Of a DNA stretch of 58,885 bases, positions 12,670-25,172 are shown one piece after another. A program made the position numbers and the translations under genes. The DNA comes from Schmidtea nova (taxonomy: Eukaryota). The notes under the pieces were generated by a model. That model worked only from the letters and a program-made list of their open reading frames with translations. It searched no databases and was not told where the DNA came from. Numbering within the stretch: position 1 is the stretch's first letter; the number at the start of each line of letters is the position of its first letter. Where the stretch lies: NCBI GenBank assembly GCA_044892505.1, contig CM097883.1:135413116-135472000 (forward strand), written 5' to 3'.

Positions 12670-13400
12670 ACAGTGATGCGGTGATGTGAGATGAATTTGG
12701 AATAAATATGTGGCAGAAGTTAACTGTTCCGAGAAGCTGCTTAGTTCTATTACTACGGTCGGCTTTGGAAATGAACAGATGATGTCAAATCTTTTCGGGA
12801 ATGGTTCGCATCAGTTGGCTGTTAGTATGTGGTCTAGAAAGCGGATGCTTGGCTTGAAAAGCTGGCAATTATCGGGGATGATCTGGAGATTGTTCTTGTT
12901 CTGAATATCGAATACTTGTGGCAGGTCCTTTGCATGTGAGGAGTGTTTAGGAGAGGCGACAATTATGTCATCTAGATAAGTGAACGTGTGATTGAGGTGC
13001 CGGAAGGTGGTATCCATGAAGCATTGGAGTGTTTGTGCAGTGTTCCTGAGACCAAATTGCATGAAGAGGTATTCGAAGTTACCGAAAGGGGTAGTGACTG
13101 CTGCTTTTGAGATATCGCCTGGGTTGACGGGAAACTGGTGGAATGCTTTGGCTAGGTCGATAGTGGAAAAAACCGCATTACCGGAAAAACGTAAAAGCAG
13201 GTCCTTGATAAGGGCATCGGGTAAGCATCATGTACTGTAACGTTGTTTAGTTCGCTGAAAACGCCACGCGGACGGAAGAAGCCGTCTTTCTTTGTTACCA
13301 CGTGAATTGAAAATACTCATCGGTAGAAGTCTGAGTGGTGCGATGAGTGGTGCTGTGTCTGGTGCTGTAATGTCAAATGTGTTTTTGAATCTTTTTGGAA
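12670..13400 (-). pseudogene. Second Gypsy reverse-transcriptase fragment
   Basis: VTKKDGFFRP..ELNNVTVHDAYPMPLIKDLL..FSTIDLAKAFHQ..TTPFGNFEYLFMQFGLRN..YLDD. Confidence 0.9.
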
Positions 13401-13420
13401 ATTTTATCAGTTTACGGCTT

Positions 13421-14350
13421 TCACCACGGATATTTAAATTTTGATGACGTAGATATTGTTAAGTACACTGGATTATCGATTCCTATTTGTACAATTTCAT
13501 CCTGTTCATATTTTTCGATCCATCTAGATTTCAGTAGAGGAACCAGAGAATCACTGACAATTATTGGTTCAATAATGTTACTGTAAAGGAACATTTGTTG
13601 ATGATGAACAAGTATTTTAGGTTTCACAGTTCGATCAATAAGGTTTAGATCTCTAAATGTTTGTTTATTTAATCCTAAAGTATTGACCAAGTTTTTATCG
13701 AATGTAACTTCACTAATATTAATATTGAGACTAAATTTGAACCATTTATTAATCTCTATGGTTTTAAAGATGTGAGAACAATTGAATAATAAATATTTAC
13801 ACAAATCATCAATATAAGTTATGTATAAATAATTATTAAAAATAAATGTTTCTTCAATTTCTGAATCATTTGATATTGTGACTCGGATATCTTCAATTGT
13901 AAAACTGTTTGAATCAATTAATCCATGTTCCGAATAAAGTTCTTCTAGAATACTTGTTATTTTAAGCTGCTTAAATCCCGCTCGATTTGGCTCTTCAATA
14001 GTTCTAAATTTAATTCTGTATGGTGTATGATCACAATTAATATTTAACAATCCGTTTGTCAAAGATATATTGCATTGTTGATCTGGTTAATGTTTCGCAA
14101 TATCATAACTATTATTAAAATTATTGATTATAAATAGACCACTGCATGTTTTTGGTTCAATTCTTTTGTAATCAATCTTACATTGACTATAAAATGGAAA
14201 TTTGTTGTACACAAACGTGAAATCTTGTAATGCAACTTCCCAATTACCATCTAAATAAATTGGAATTTGAAGATTTACCATGAATTTATTGGCTTGATTA
14301 TCTGGATGTATTAATGACAGCTACTACTTGGTAGAATAGTATAAAAATTC
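13421..14350 (-). pseudogene. Maverick/Polinton minor capsid (penton)-like protein
   Basis: N-terminus FYTILPSSSC..HPDNQANKFMVNLQIPIYLDGNWEVAL and C-terminus MFLYSNIIEPIIVSDSLVPLLK match the Maverick minor capsid pattern; frameshifted. Confidence 0.75.
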
Positions 14351-15349
14351 ACTTTACTAGATCTTTTGATGATATCCATGACGGGTTTAGATACCCATGC
14401 CACTTTATGTAGTATTGTTTATCCTTACCCACAATTTTAGTTTTTAATATTTTTTGAATTCTAAATACAGTAGGTGAGGGAATAACTTGACATTCTTGCT
14501 CATAAAATTTCCCACCCACTAAATTATTGTCGGAATCAGAAATAACATACATACATGACAAGATCTTGGCAAGTATTAATTTTTGAGATCTAAAATAACT
14601 CATCACACCAATTGCTATCAAAATCTTTGATGAATGGCGAAGCGCTAATCTTGATAATTCGAGCATGATCACCGATTTTATATTTCGGTTCATTTATACT
14701 TATTTTTAATTTACGAGATCCAGTATTTTTCGTTGAAACATCAATAGATCTCAATCGGTTTATACCTTTATGTGGCGAATGATTATAACCATGTATTATT
14801 TTTGGTAATATATTAATCCTTGTTTTATTACCTTGATGCACAAAATATTTTTTTCAATCGATCTCTTAATGTACGATTAAATCGTTCAACGTGGGCTGCT
14901 TTGAATTAAGAGAACACTGAGTAACGATTAATCGTGGCCAAAACTTTTTTAACTTTACTATTTTAAAAATCTTTACCTAAATTATAATTAAAAATGTATA
15001 AAATATGAATATATTATTACCCAAATAAGTTTGTAAATTATCTGGATAACCGGAGTTAAACATAGTTTTGATTGCAACAGCTTTTTAATGTGTTGATTTA
15101 GTTTTGGTAGAATAGCTCGAGTAAATCTATTGAAAATATCGATACATGTTAAAATATATTTATATCCCTTGTTATTCTTTGAATATGGAATTATTTCCAT
15201 CAAATCCATTTGCTATAATTCATTAACGATATATGTTTTATATGCTCTTGTTGGAAATCGTTTCAATGCCTGATTGTTTAGATCTTTTAGATCCTCGTTA
15301 CTTCTGGGGGCACGCGTGAGCTTGTTCTGAACGGCCTTCATTTCTATCG
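14349..15349 (-). pseudogene. Maverick retroviral-type integrase with C-terminal chromodomain
   Basis: KRFPTRAYK..VNEL*QMDLMEIIPYSKNNKGYKYILTCIDIF; IIHGYNHSPH; YKIGDHARI; FRIQKILK..YYIKWHGY..SWI. Confidence 0.88.
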
Positions 15350-15495
15350 NNNNNNNNNNNNNNNNNNNNNNNNNNNNNNNNNNNNNNNNNNNNNNNNNNN
15401 NNNNNNNNNNNNNNNNNNNNNNNNNNNNNNNNNNNNNNNNNNNNNNNNNNNNNNNNNNNNNNNNNNNNNNNNNNNNNNNNNNNNNNNNNNNNNNN
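15350..15495. other. Assembly gap
   Basis: Run of N. Confidence 1.
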
Positions 15496-16218
15496 AGTAG
15501 ATTAAAATTTCGTTTAATTGACAATTAATACTTAGTTTGCGTTCGTTTCCTGTTGTCGTCGTCAAAATTCACTACACACTAGAAGAATTTCTGTTGGTTA
15601 ATAAATGGTAATTTATCAAAACCTTAGTCCACCCGTCCCTCGTATGGGAATCTTCGGAAATTAAGTTGAATCGACTTATTTATTCTACTAGGTTGATTTT
15701 TCAGCGTCCTGAGTAAGTTTTGCAATGCATGGAAATGCTCTTTTTCCCATGTTATGATTGTTAGTAAACCCCGAGAGAAAGCTTTTAGTTGAACGAAAAA
15801 TTCATTAGGCAATTCATTACGCAATTCCGCTATATACTAGTAGTGAAAACAGTAAGAATAGTTCTTGACTAGGCAAAGCACTGAGGGAACGAATTTATAA
15901 ATTAATCAGAAGCAGTTGCCGATCTCGCTTAATGGCATGTTGGTGTTCGGATAGTGGTTTTCGACTTTCCTAGGGATTGATTGAGAATTATCCATCCCGA
16001 ACAGGTATCCACGAGAATTCTTAGTCTCCCCACGTTGGTGATGTACCTATCGGCGTAGGTTGAGCAAGCAGGTGAGCTACTTTATTCGCAACTACTCCCT
16101 GCACACAATTATTCGGGTTGGTGGACCGAAAGAATGCCTGGTTTATTTTATATTCTATTCAATGGTTACTTTGAGGTTTCGATGATAGGATATGTTTAGA
16201 ATTTCCATATTGAAATCT

Positions 16219-16861
16219 TTAATAAATCAAACAGGAAGTTGACGCAAAACTTTTATTAATTAAACGAGAAGATCTATTCTTTGAAAATGGAGTGATTGTT
16301 TCCTGTAATTCGGATGCGGACAAGGTATTTAACACACTTACTTGTGCTACTAGTTGGATGGCAAAAACCCGTTTCTGCCTACGGCGCCTAGATCCCATTC
16401 GCTTTTTAGTTTTGAAGATGTCCCTGACGAGGTCTCCAATGACTTCGGTTTTTTTTGCGGGAGTCGGGCTTCCCGCATAAATCTTGCCCATATTAGTGCT
16501 GACCGACTGGAGACTTACGGTTGTCTCCCCGAGGCCCATCCATTTGAAGTGAGTGGTCATACATACGATTTCAACTTCTCATCGATAAAAGATCGGGTTA
16601 CTTGACTGAGACAGTTCCTCAGTTCTAGCTTCACCCAGTTGAGTTCAAGATGTACCTAGACGGTCGCCCTCTTTGCCCGATTGGTCAGCAATAATTGCAC
16701 CGCATCTGCGTGAGTGAAAAGTATCGCTTTTCCATCTCCAACTTCTGAGACGTCATTCGGGTGATATCTAGCCGCTAACGCTCAATCCAACGGTTCTGCG
16801 TTATCTAGAAATCTATCTTACACTCGCAACTCCAGGCTTTGGTGACGAGTTTTTCTGCCAT
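16219..16861 (-). pseudogene. ORF B paralog 1 (coiled-coil family)
   Basis: TTTTAG|aaATG start; ..KRYFSLTQMR..LELNWVKLELRNCLSQVTRSFIDEKLKSYV*PL..KRMGSRRRRQKRVFAIQLVAQVSVLNTLSASEL; several stops and frameshifts. Confidence 0.8.
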
Positions 16862-17097
16862 TTCTAAAATAATTTGATGAATGATAAGTTAGTGGTCGCT
16901 AGTGTATTTATGTGACTCTTGCCAACTATCGGAAAAGGTATACATGGTTTGTCGGCTCACTGCGTGGGTCATCGTTCCCTTTATGGGCATTCGTTATATT
17001 TTCTTATTCATGAATTAGATATAAAGACAAATAACTACTAAGCTTTATTTATAAATTCGACATACAGAGTTTTCAAATCTTTCTCTTTATTCTACGC

Positions 17098-17280
17098 TTA
17101 ATTTGGACTCAAACGCGACGACTTTACGAATATTATCATGCTGCCAAATCTGAAGCTTCTTTGTAGAGGATGTTCTTGCTGCGATTCGACCTTTCCGAAA
17201 TGGGCGAAGGGGATTGATCTGGAGAATCCGAGTTCGTCGAATGTCTCCTTTGAAATGTAACCCCATTCTGAAATTTCATG
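17098..17280 (-). pseudogene. ORF A paralog fragment
   Basis: EWGYISKETFDELGFSRSIPFAHFG aligns with YWGHIPRKELRKLGIHAFIPRKAFG of ORF 23620-23970 (shared WGxIxxxxxxxLGxxxxIPxxxFG). Confidence 0.7.
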
Positions 17281-18387
17281 AATTTTCTAGAATTAATATA
17301 ATAAATTGATTTAGTAGACTTCGTTGGGAAATCATCCGTCGATTTGTTTATTTAAATCTTATTGTCATTTCTCCGTTAATCGTACTGAGCTTTGTTGATT
17401 TTTTGGTTCACGAGTGATAAATTACGGATGGATTTCGGTCCAATTTCCTATTTGGTTGATCGAAAATTTCATTATTTCACTCAAATCTTTGATATGTGCT
17501 GCCGTAATTACAGAATAGTATTTTATATCAGCGATTTAAGTTTTGATCATCGATCGAGTTGAGGTATATCATTGTATTTAATAGAGGTATTCTAGAGTCT
17601 CAAATCTCGATTTATCTGTAGAGCTCATCGTCGATCTGAGGCTCATTTGTCAACCATTTCTCGTTTTTCTCCTGGATAGGTTGGATTAGCCTCCTAGACC
17701 TGGCAGGACCCAAGCTTCCGAAACGTCAGATATGCATATAAAAGACGCCCAGGCCTTCTGTTTCAATGTTGTCGCAACTACAACTTGGAACTAGGAAAAT
17801 GAATGCGTTCCTTTGGTGGATCTCTTGTTTGGTTATTTAGCTAATGCAATCAATTTCTCCTCATACATCAAATTATCATCATTGAGTTCCAAAACATGGG
17901 CTCTTTCTCTGGGGAGCAGTTTTGGAGTTGATAAAATTTATAATGTCAAACTACGTGAGCCTCCTCCATAGGCAGATACTCCTTCCCCTCTCCGTTCCAC
18001 TCTCCGTTCAACTTTTCGATGCTGTACAATTTGTGAGTAAAAAATCCCCATGTAAACTTCTCATTCAGGGCATCACCCGTTTCATCCATTCGACTGGAAA
18101 ATTGTTATACACTTCATTCGATAACAACAAAAAAATTGTTATTCATTTCATTCGAATAAAAGATTGGTTGTTCACTCCATTCCCGTGTGCATCCCCACCC
18201 TTCCCTTTATATAATGTGTGGTGACATAATTAATATGGAAAATAAATATTACATTTATAATATTCATAAAATTTATAATATTTATATTTATATTAAATAT
18301 ATATTTTATTATTAAAAAAGAAGAAAAACTCTTGTTTGTTTTTATGTAAATATTTGAAAAATAAACGACATCTTGATTTAGTTAATT

Positions 18388-18825
18388 TTGTTTTTTACAT
18401 TGAATATGAAAATTTTCTTTATGTTTTCCCTAAGTGATTATAAAGTATTTTGTGAAGATAACAACCTTAACAATAAAGTGGAAAATTGCAATGATAATCA
18501 TGAATTAAATCCCGACAATACTAATGGAGACATAAAATACGGCATTTTGCCAAGTCTTCTTCTAAATTTCGAAATTCATACTGAAATGCGAGTTAAAGTA
18601 GCGAGCTTTGATAAATTCGAACCAATAAAAGAAGATATCCTTCCAAGGGAAACTTGCTCAAAAATTACGGATTTGGAATTCATTTGCAAAGATTTCTTAT
18701 TTGAAGCATTAATTCATGCAATTGTTACAATGGCTGAAATGGATCTAATAAATGATGAACAGACTGATATGTTGAGCAGCCCTGCTGAGTTTATCACCAA
18801 TTATAACGAGAGGTGCGATAATTAG
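18388..18825 (+). CDS. Hypothetical protein upstream of ORF B paralog 2
   Basis: 145-codon open frame with natural-looking composition in an AT-rich region; no recognisable motif. Confidence 0.35.
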   Translation: MFFTLNMKIFFMFSLSDYKVFCEDNNLNNKVENCNDNHELNPDNTNGDIKYGILPSLLLNFEIHTEMRVKVASFDKFEPIKEDILPRETCSKITDLEFICKDFLFEALIHAIVTMAEMDLINDEQTDMLSSPAEFITNYNERCDN

Positions 18826-19227
18826 AACAACAGCAGTAGTTCATGCCTAAGCACAGCTACCTTACTCAATGAGATCACACAAAGGGTACCCCCTTTGACA
18901 TCAATTTGCAGTGATATTAAATATAAAAATCGGAAAACATCTAAAGATAATTTCCCAGCCTGCTGGCTGCTATCAAACACAACGATTTAGAAAAACTCAA
19001 TGTCCAACTGTTAGGCGAATAATATACTCCCTAACGATACATGGTCGGACCAACGAGGAAAGAATCGAGGAAAACAATATAATGATGGTAAAAGTCAATA
19101 CCACATAATGCTTTTAATTACTATTCACCATACTGGGGAGCTCTGAAAGTACGACGTAAGGTTTCTACCCACGCAGTGCTATACCACACAGGTCGTATCT
19201 ATCAACGATATTATACATGGTGCAAAG

Positions 19228-19749
19228 ATGAAGATGTCAAGAATGCAAGAGGCCCTATCTAGGACCAAGACAGAACTCGACGCGGTCCAACGGGAACTCC
19301 GAAACTGTTTGAACTCGGTGACCAAGTCGTACATCGACACCGAGTTGCAGGCCCTCATCCGGCCAATAACAGCCCAAAAATGGACAACGACTCAGACCAG
19401 GGATATTTCAATCGGAACCAATGACGAAGTTCCATTTGAGACAGCATCACCAACTCCCCAGCCCACAGTGGGGCCATCTCCAACAACTAGCCGAATCTGA
19501 CCTGGCCCACCCGTACAGCAGCTGATACATTAGAAAGAGACGGTGGGTTCCAAACAAAGGCGGAAATTCGCACGACAATTAAATGCCCAGGTGGATCTTT
19601 TAAATGAACTGACCGAGTTGGAACTCTTGGACGAAATTGTGTTGACTTTGTTGGATGACGAGGGAAGATCCATAGAGGTATTCAAAATCAATAAGTATTA
19701 TCATACAAGCAATAATAAATACCGAATTAATATTTATCTGGAAAAGTAA
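19228..19749 (+). pseudogene. ORF B paralog 2
   Basis: ELDAVQRELRNCLNSVTKSYIDTELQALIRPITAQKW..ISIGTND, then GSKQRRKFARQLNAQVDLLNELTELELLDEIV after a break. Confidence 0.8.
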
Positions 19750-20445
19750 TCCCCAATCAAATCGTCAATCGTCTGTCTCAATCATTCAAATCATCAATTG
19801 TCCGCCTCAATCGTCCATCTCAATCAGAATGTCAGTCAAAAAATATTCTTTTAAACAATAAATCTTTCATATCTGTGCAATCACCCTTTAGAGAGAAAAA
19901 CTTTTTACTGCTATTGTCATCATCATCAAACCCAATTCTATTGTCTGTCAATCCAAACATTTCATCAACGAACATTTTGAACTATTTATGAACATGATTA
20001 TTTAATATGCTTGAACTATTTATGAACATAGCTATTTAATATGCTTGATTTTATTTTTATGTATAATCAATTTTTATTTAAAAAACTGTGTTTATGGGCA
20101 ATTATCCAAAATTTAATCTAATTTCATTTATTATCACTGTTCAGTTAAAGACTGTTTATTCTAGCACTTTTCAATATATAAACATAAATCATTTTTGTCA
20201 ATTTTTATGTAGAAATAAATGTCTAATTTTTAAGAACGAATTTATAAATAAATTATTAAATAAGTAAACTAATTTTTATGCAATTCGTCAATAAAAAATT
20301 GATATATAAGGCAATGACAATTTAGTCAGATTGCCATAAAATCTTACCACTAAAATTAGCGTGTTAGCTCTCTCAGGTACAAATCCTGAAGAGCATCTAA
20401 AATAAACCGGTTGGTTACATAAGGATAATTTAAATATTTTTAGAC

Positions 20446-20827
20446 AAATGAGGTCACAACTCCATAAAACCGAAAGAGCGCAGTGCGCTATTGTAGACTG
20501 GAGCTCGATGCCGTAAAAATAGAACTGAAAAACTACCGCAAGGCCGTGACCAAGTTATTCATCGAAGAGCATCTCAGAGATCAAATTCGCCCATTCACTT
20601 ATGAGGAGTGTATAGGACCTGTCGAAAACGTAAATAGTCCTACGGAGAAATCAGAAGAGAGAACGAACATCGGCTAGGTAGGACCAGTTACAGCTATCAG
20701 AAAAAATTGTATCAGCGCTAGGCGAAGACGACAAAGACAAGCTTTCGCTCAACAGTTCAACACACAAGATGATCAAATAAATTACCTCTCAGAGCTAGAC
20801 TTGCTAGCTGAAATCGTTCCATTGTAA
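20446..20827 (+). pseudogene. ORF B paralog 3
   Basis: MRSQLHKTERAQ/RLELDAVKIELKNYRKAVTKLFIEEHLRDQIRPFTY..ISARRRRQRQAFAQQFNTQDDQINYLSELDLLAEIVP; frameshift and stop. Confidence 0.78.
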
Positions 20828-21163
20828 TTGTAATAAATGTTTTAGTAGATTCGTCTTATTCTCATACTGCAATAAGAGACACCGTAACCAAGTCAGCAAC
20901 TCAAGCAGTGATCTAATGAGGAGGTTCTAGAAACCAAGGATTATCTGATAATCATTGCAGAGGAAATTCTTCAGTGTTAATTCTTCAGAAACAAATGGAG
21001 AGCAACAGTTTTAAATCCGTTCAATATGCTACTTTGAGAGGCGACTTGAAACAAACCATCTTCACCATTACAATATTATACTATAACCGTAATATATACT
21101 GTTGTAACTCTAGTTAATCCCATTAAAATTATTAGTCACACTAACAAGAAAAAGTGCTTGTGA

Positions 21164-21191
21164 CGTAACTCAGGACAACGCCTGAGTTACG
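21164..21191. repeat. Perfect 11-bp-stem hairpin
   Basis: CGTAACTCAGG-acaacg-CCTGAGTTACG. Confidence 0.8.
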
Positions 21192-22411
21192 ATGAATACA
21201 TTATTTTTATTAATTTCCGCGAAACTGCTAGTTTAAGAATTCCAACATCTGATTGGTCAATTCCTAATATAAAAATTTATTTCCTATAATGTAAGTATTG
21301 ATTTTTTTTGTTTTAATTCCTTAATACAGGGTTTCTTAACCGGTGAGGTATACCTCCCTTGGTGAGGTATGTTGAGGTTCCCCGAATCTCAACTTGGTAT
21401 CTTATATAAATAAATAAGATAACACTAGTTAAAAGATTTTATTCAAATATAACAAATACAAATTACCTCAAAAAATTTTTTAAAGATTTACAATGTCGTT
21501 CCTTTAATGTGTAAGTATATATATATGTATGCGTGTGTATGTGTGAATGCCTTCTGAGCTCGATATCTTGTATGCTTGAAATTATTATTTCAATAGTCGA
21601 TAACAACAATGAAATTCTTCTTACGCAAAGATTTTATGGGTGGTTTGACTGAGAAAAACGTTTGTATATATAGTTAATTTTTGTGGTCCTTAACTTCAAG
21701 TGACAAGAGTTGTTTTCTGTCAATAATATTTGTTTTTAATAAACAATTTTTCTATTTTAAATAGTACAAATAATAATTACTATATTTAGGAACATCCCTT
21801 TTACCAGCATCCCTAATGTTTAAAAATGTGATAATTTATATCAGGTTGATACTTATACCCTATTGATTATATTAATCTTCTTGTAATTTATTTCTATCTA
21901 TTTTGAATATTATTAATTATTATTTTGTTTTAATTCGTGTATTCATTCTATGAATTTTTTTTGTTTTTTAACCGCAGTGACCCCTATCTGAAAAAAATAA
22001 AGTTATTAAGTATTATTGGTATTAATATTATAGTTTTTTATCTTTACCATTGATCAAATAAATGTTGGGCCCGCCAAATAGGCTAAAATGACCAAATTAA
22101 TATAAAAGTTTAAATAATAACAAAAAAATAAATACAAAAAATATCAAAAAAGGCTAAATTAAAAATAGGAATAAAATAATAAATAATATTAAATAAATTT
22201 CCAGCAAAAGGAAAATTCAAAAATAAAACGGAAACAAGCAGTAAAGGGGGCCTGAAATAAGAATATTGGAAATTAAATAAAATTATAGTGCAAGTAATTA
22301 ATTAATTACTTTAAAAATTAGGACCACCCAGCGAGAAACCGGAAAAGGAAACAAAATAATATTTAGATTAAAATAAAATAGCAGAATCACTTTGATGGAC
22401 GGTCTGATCCT

Positions 22412-22447
22412 GATTGGTCAATCTGACCAGCCGGATCAGTATAAATA
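22412..22447 (+). promoter_or_regulatory. Inverted CCAAT + TATA core promoter
   Basis: GATTGG at 22412 and TATAAATA at 22440; the same 28-nt offset occurs in the two sister copies. Predicted 5'UTR intron 22620-22732. Confidence 0.65.
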
Positions 22448-23239
22448 CCGATCCGAAAATCCATAATTTAGCATAAATTTTGTGAGACTTAGACTTTGTG
22501 GTAAAGCATAAAATTCTGAGTACTGTAATTTAAAGCATAACTTTGAAGCCTATTTTGAGATAGAAATTCGGAGACTGATTAATTTGATCTTTTATTCGAC
22601 GAACTAACGAATTGGAACAGTAAATTTATTTTTTGTTAATATGTACCATGATTTCGTCATTATAATTTAGTCTAAGTTTTGATGTTTTATTATGATTTTA
22701 TGCATTTAATTTAATTTAATTCATGAATATAGTCATGCTTCCTCGACTGCTCACGCGGCGAGGGAGCCCGAGTCGTCGTTGTGGGGCTTCACGGTCTCAC
22801 ATGGCGGTTCAACCTTTTTATACATTGAACAATTTTTTTTGTAGTTCAATTGATTTATATGACAAACTTACGATAAATGAATTTTTCTGATTACGGTTGC
22901 ACAAAGGATGAGTCGCGAGGAGCAATAGGAAGAGTTTAGAGGGCTGTCTGATGGTGAGGGACACCCAAGGAGTACTGTGTACTCAACACCCGAGAGTTTA
23001 GTGAGACAAGTTAGATTTGAGCCCGAAGGATCGAGGGGGGTGAACTAAAAGTGGAAAGATTTCAATGTAGAATCGACATATTTTGTAAATTCATAAAGGG
23101 CCAAAGTCCGGATTTCAATCAGTTTCACATTCATCTAGTCGAAATAAAATTAAAGTTAAACAAAAAATTCGTAACATACATAAACATGCTTTAGTCGAAT
23201 TCCGATCGCGTCAGACCGCGACGGGATTCTAATCTAAAC

Positions 23240-23376
23240 CTATAAATAGAAATGTAAACCGATCGCTGTAAATAGCGCGGAAATTTAATTAAAATCTTTA
23301 GCCTGATCGCTGTAAATAGCGCAGGAATTTTGGAACTGATTTCGTTTTTTATTATCCTGATCGCTGTACATAGCGC
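23240..23376 (+). repeat. TATA box followed by three GATCGCTGTA(A/C)ATAGCGC hairpin repeats
   Basis: TATAAATA near 23241; 18-mer copies start at 23261, 23305 and 23359, each with a CGCT/AGCG stem. Confidence 0.8.
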
Positions 23377-23509
23377 AGTACGAGTTATAAATACATTATT
23401 CCGACCGCGGTACATCATGGCGGAGCTAATTCGAATTAGTAAAGATTAATTTTTTTGTTAAATGAATAATATTTATGATAAGTTAATTCGAAATAGCACA
23501 TATGTATAA

Positions 23510-23970
23510 ATCATGTACTAACCGAACTCAGGAATTCGGTAGAGGCGATCAATGAAAGGAAAACGACCGACATATTCAAGAAGCTTCCACCTCCGATTCT
23601 GCGTACGATAAACGCACAGGTGTACAAATGGCGCCGAGGATTCAACAGGAGATGCCCATTCTCCATTTGGGCAGATGGAAGTGACCGCATACTGTACCGA
23701 GGAGGCCCAGGTTGGCCAATCACCCGTGAATGGTATTCGAAACACTTCGGCCAAATGATAATACGAATAAACGATACAGAAGGAAGGCCCAACCAACTAA
23801 TCTACTGGGGACACATCCCCCGAAAGGAATTGCGTAAATTGGGGATTCATGCGTTCATTCCGCGCAAAGCATTCGGAATGGAGTGCGATGACAGACAACC
23901 CCGGTTTTCGTGGGCCAGGCTTCGTAGAACCCCTATCAATCAAGAGCTACACATTTTGTTTCAACAATAA
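23510..23970 (+). CDS. ORF A (unknown, Trp/Arg-rich)
   Basis: The frame is open upstream of the track start (HVLTELRNSVEAINERK..) through ..INQELHILFQQ, with AATAAA after the stop. Homologous fragment at 17098-17280. True start uncertain. Confidence 0.55.
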
Positions 23971-24139
23971 CGATCATTTGCGATTTAATAATAATAAATA
24001 GTTTAGTAAAAATCATGGTGTTGGTATTCGTTTTTTTTTGTTTTTGTATTCCATTTCAATAATTCAGAGAATGTTGATAAATCTAAATAACGTCTTAACA
24101 TGAGAACGATATGAAATTTAATCTAGCCAATTTGTAGAA

Positions 24140-24736
24140 ATGAATTTAGAAGCCGCCCAGAAGGAAATAGAAAAAATGTGGCGAATTCGGAGAGCCCAAG
24201 ATAAAGAGTTGGGTTTCATCAAGGAAAACTTAACCAAAGCCGAAGCGCAAATCGCTTACCTGCACAAGAGTTGGTTCGCTCCGGCTCGAATGAAAGAACA
24301 AATCGGAAAGACAGAGCGAGCACAGCGGACGGCAGATGATTTCCGAATGGAGTGGGAGGCCACCAAGATCGAGCTTTGCAAATGTCTCCACTCTGTGACG
24401 GCCTCGTATATCGAACGAGAGCTGAAAGACCTGATCAGGCCAGTAACCTATCAGGGATGGATTGCCGAAAAGAAAGTGGGAATATCAATTGGTACGGATG
24501 TCGAGGGCCTTACCGTAACGAGCGCCGAAACAAAATCGACAATTTGTGATAATACCCCCATCGTCAGTACGCATCAAAAGCGTAAAAGAATTGGCCAAAA
24601 GCGGCGCCATCAGCGAAAACTCTTCGCCCAAAAATTGCAGAGCCAGATTGAAGCATTGCATAAATTATCCGAAGAGGAATTGTTGAATGAGGTGTTTCCT
24701 CCGGAAGGAATTTTCAATGATTTTATAGAAAAATAA
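24140..24736 (+). CDS. ORF B paralog 4, intact 198 aa coiled-coil/basic protein
   Basis: Uninterrupted ORF; TGTAG|aaATG acceptor context; family motifs WFAPARMK, KIELCKCLHSVTASYIE..LIRP, RIGQKRRHQRKLFAQKL..LSEEELLNEV. Confidence 0.75.
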   Translation: MNLEAAQKEIEKMWRIRRAQDKELGFIKENLTKAEAQIAYLHKSWFAPARMKEQIGKTERAQRTADDFRMEWEATKIELCKCLHSVTASYIERELKDLIRPVTYQGWIAEKKVGISIGTDVEGLTVTSAETKSTICDNTPIVSTHQKRKRIGQKRRHQRKLFAQKLQSQIEALHKLSEEELLNEVFPPEGIFNDFIEK

Positions 24737-24942
24737 ATGAGTTTTCACAATGAGTTGATTTTCTTCTTGCTATTTCATCAGCTTATTGATTTAGTAGAAT
24801 AAGGGAAATGAATAATTTTGGGAAACATATATTTGCAAACTTCACGAGATTTTTGCGTAAAGTAAAGAAATGAATTAATTATAATTAATATAACTTCTCC
24901 AAAATTCGGACAAAGTTAATAGTTTGGTGATAAAGCGTAAGT

Positions 24943-25172
24943 CCTTCTAACGGCAGCGATGAACCCGTAAACATAAATGGGGAGTAGTACTAGCAATAGT
25001 ACTCACCTGCCCATCATTGTTTAACCACCTTGCGCATCACCAACTTGATTATCCAGGGAAATAATCAAGGGCGCTTGAGTGTAAAAATTTACGCATTTTA
25101 TGTGTGATCATGGATGAGGATCCCTAGTCATTGTTAGAACATTTTTCAACTAACCCCTCCATGAACCCAGCA
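24943..25172 (+). other. Conserved structured 3' cassette
   Basis: ATGGG-GAGTA-GTACTA(GCAA)TAGTAC-TCACCTG-CCCAT, followed by the CTTGATTAT/ATAATCAAG hairpin and ATCAC/GTGAT pairing; ends CCCAGCA. Confidence 0.75.

Larger units (their letters stand above)
15938..17280 (-). mobile_element. 5'-truncated minus-strand copy of the ~3.1-kb TG..CA family
   Basis: On the minus strand: ORF A fragment (17280-17098), ORF B (16861-16219), structured cassette (16140-15960) and terminus ..CACCAACA at 15938. No 5' TGTTGGG end found. Confidence 0.75.
22063..25172 (+). mobile_element. Complete 3110-bp TG..CA element with 4-bp TSD (putative giant solo LTR or novel non-autonomous element)
   Basis: TAAA|TGTTGGGCCCGCCAAAT ... 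CCCAGCA|TAAA (TSD 22059-22062 and 25173-25176). Contains promoter, predicted intron, ORF A, ORF B and 3' cassette; no terminal direct repeats. Confidence 0.85.
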
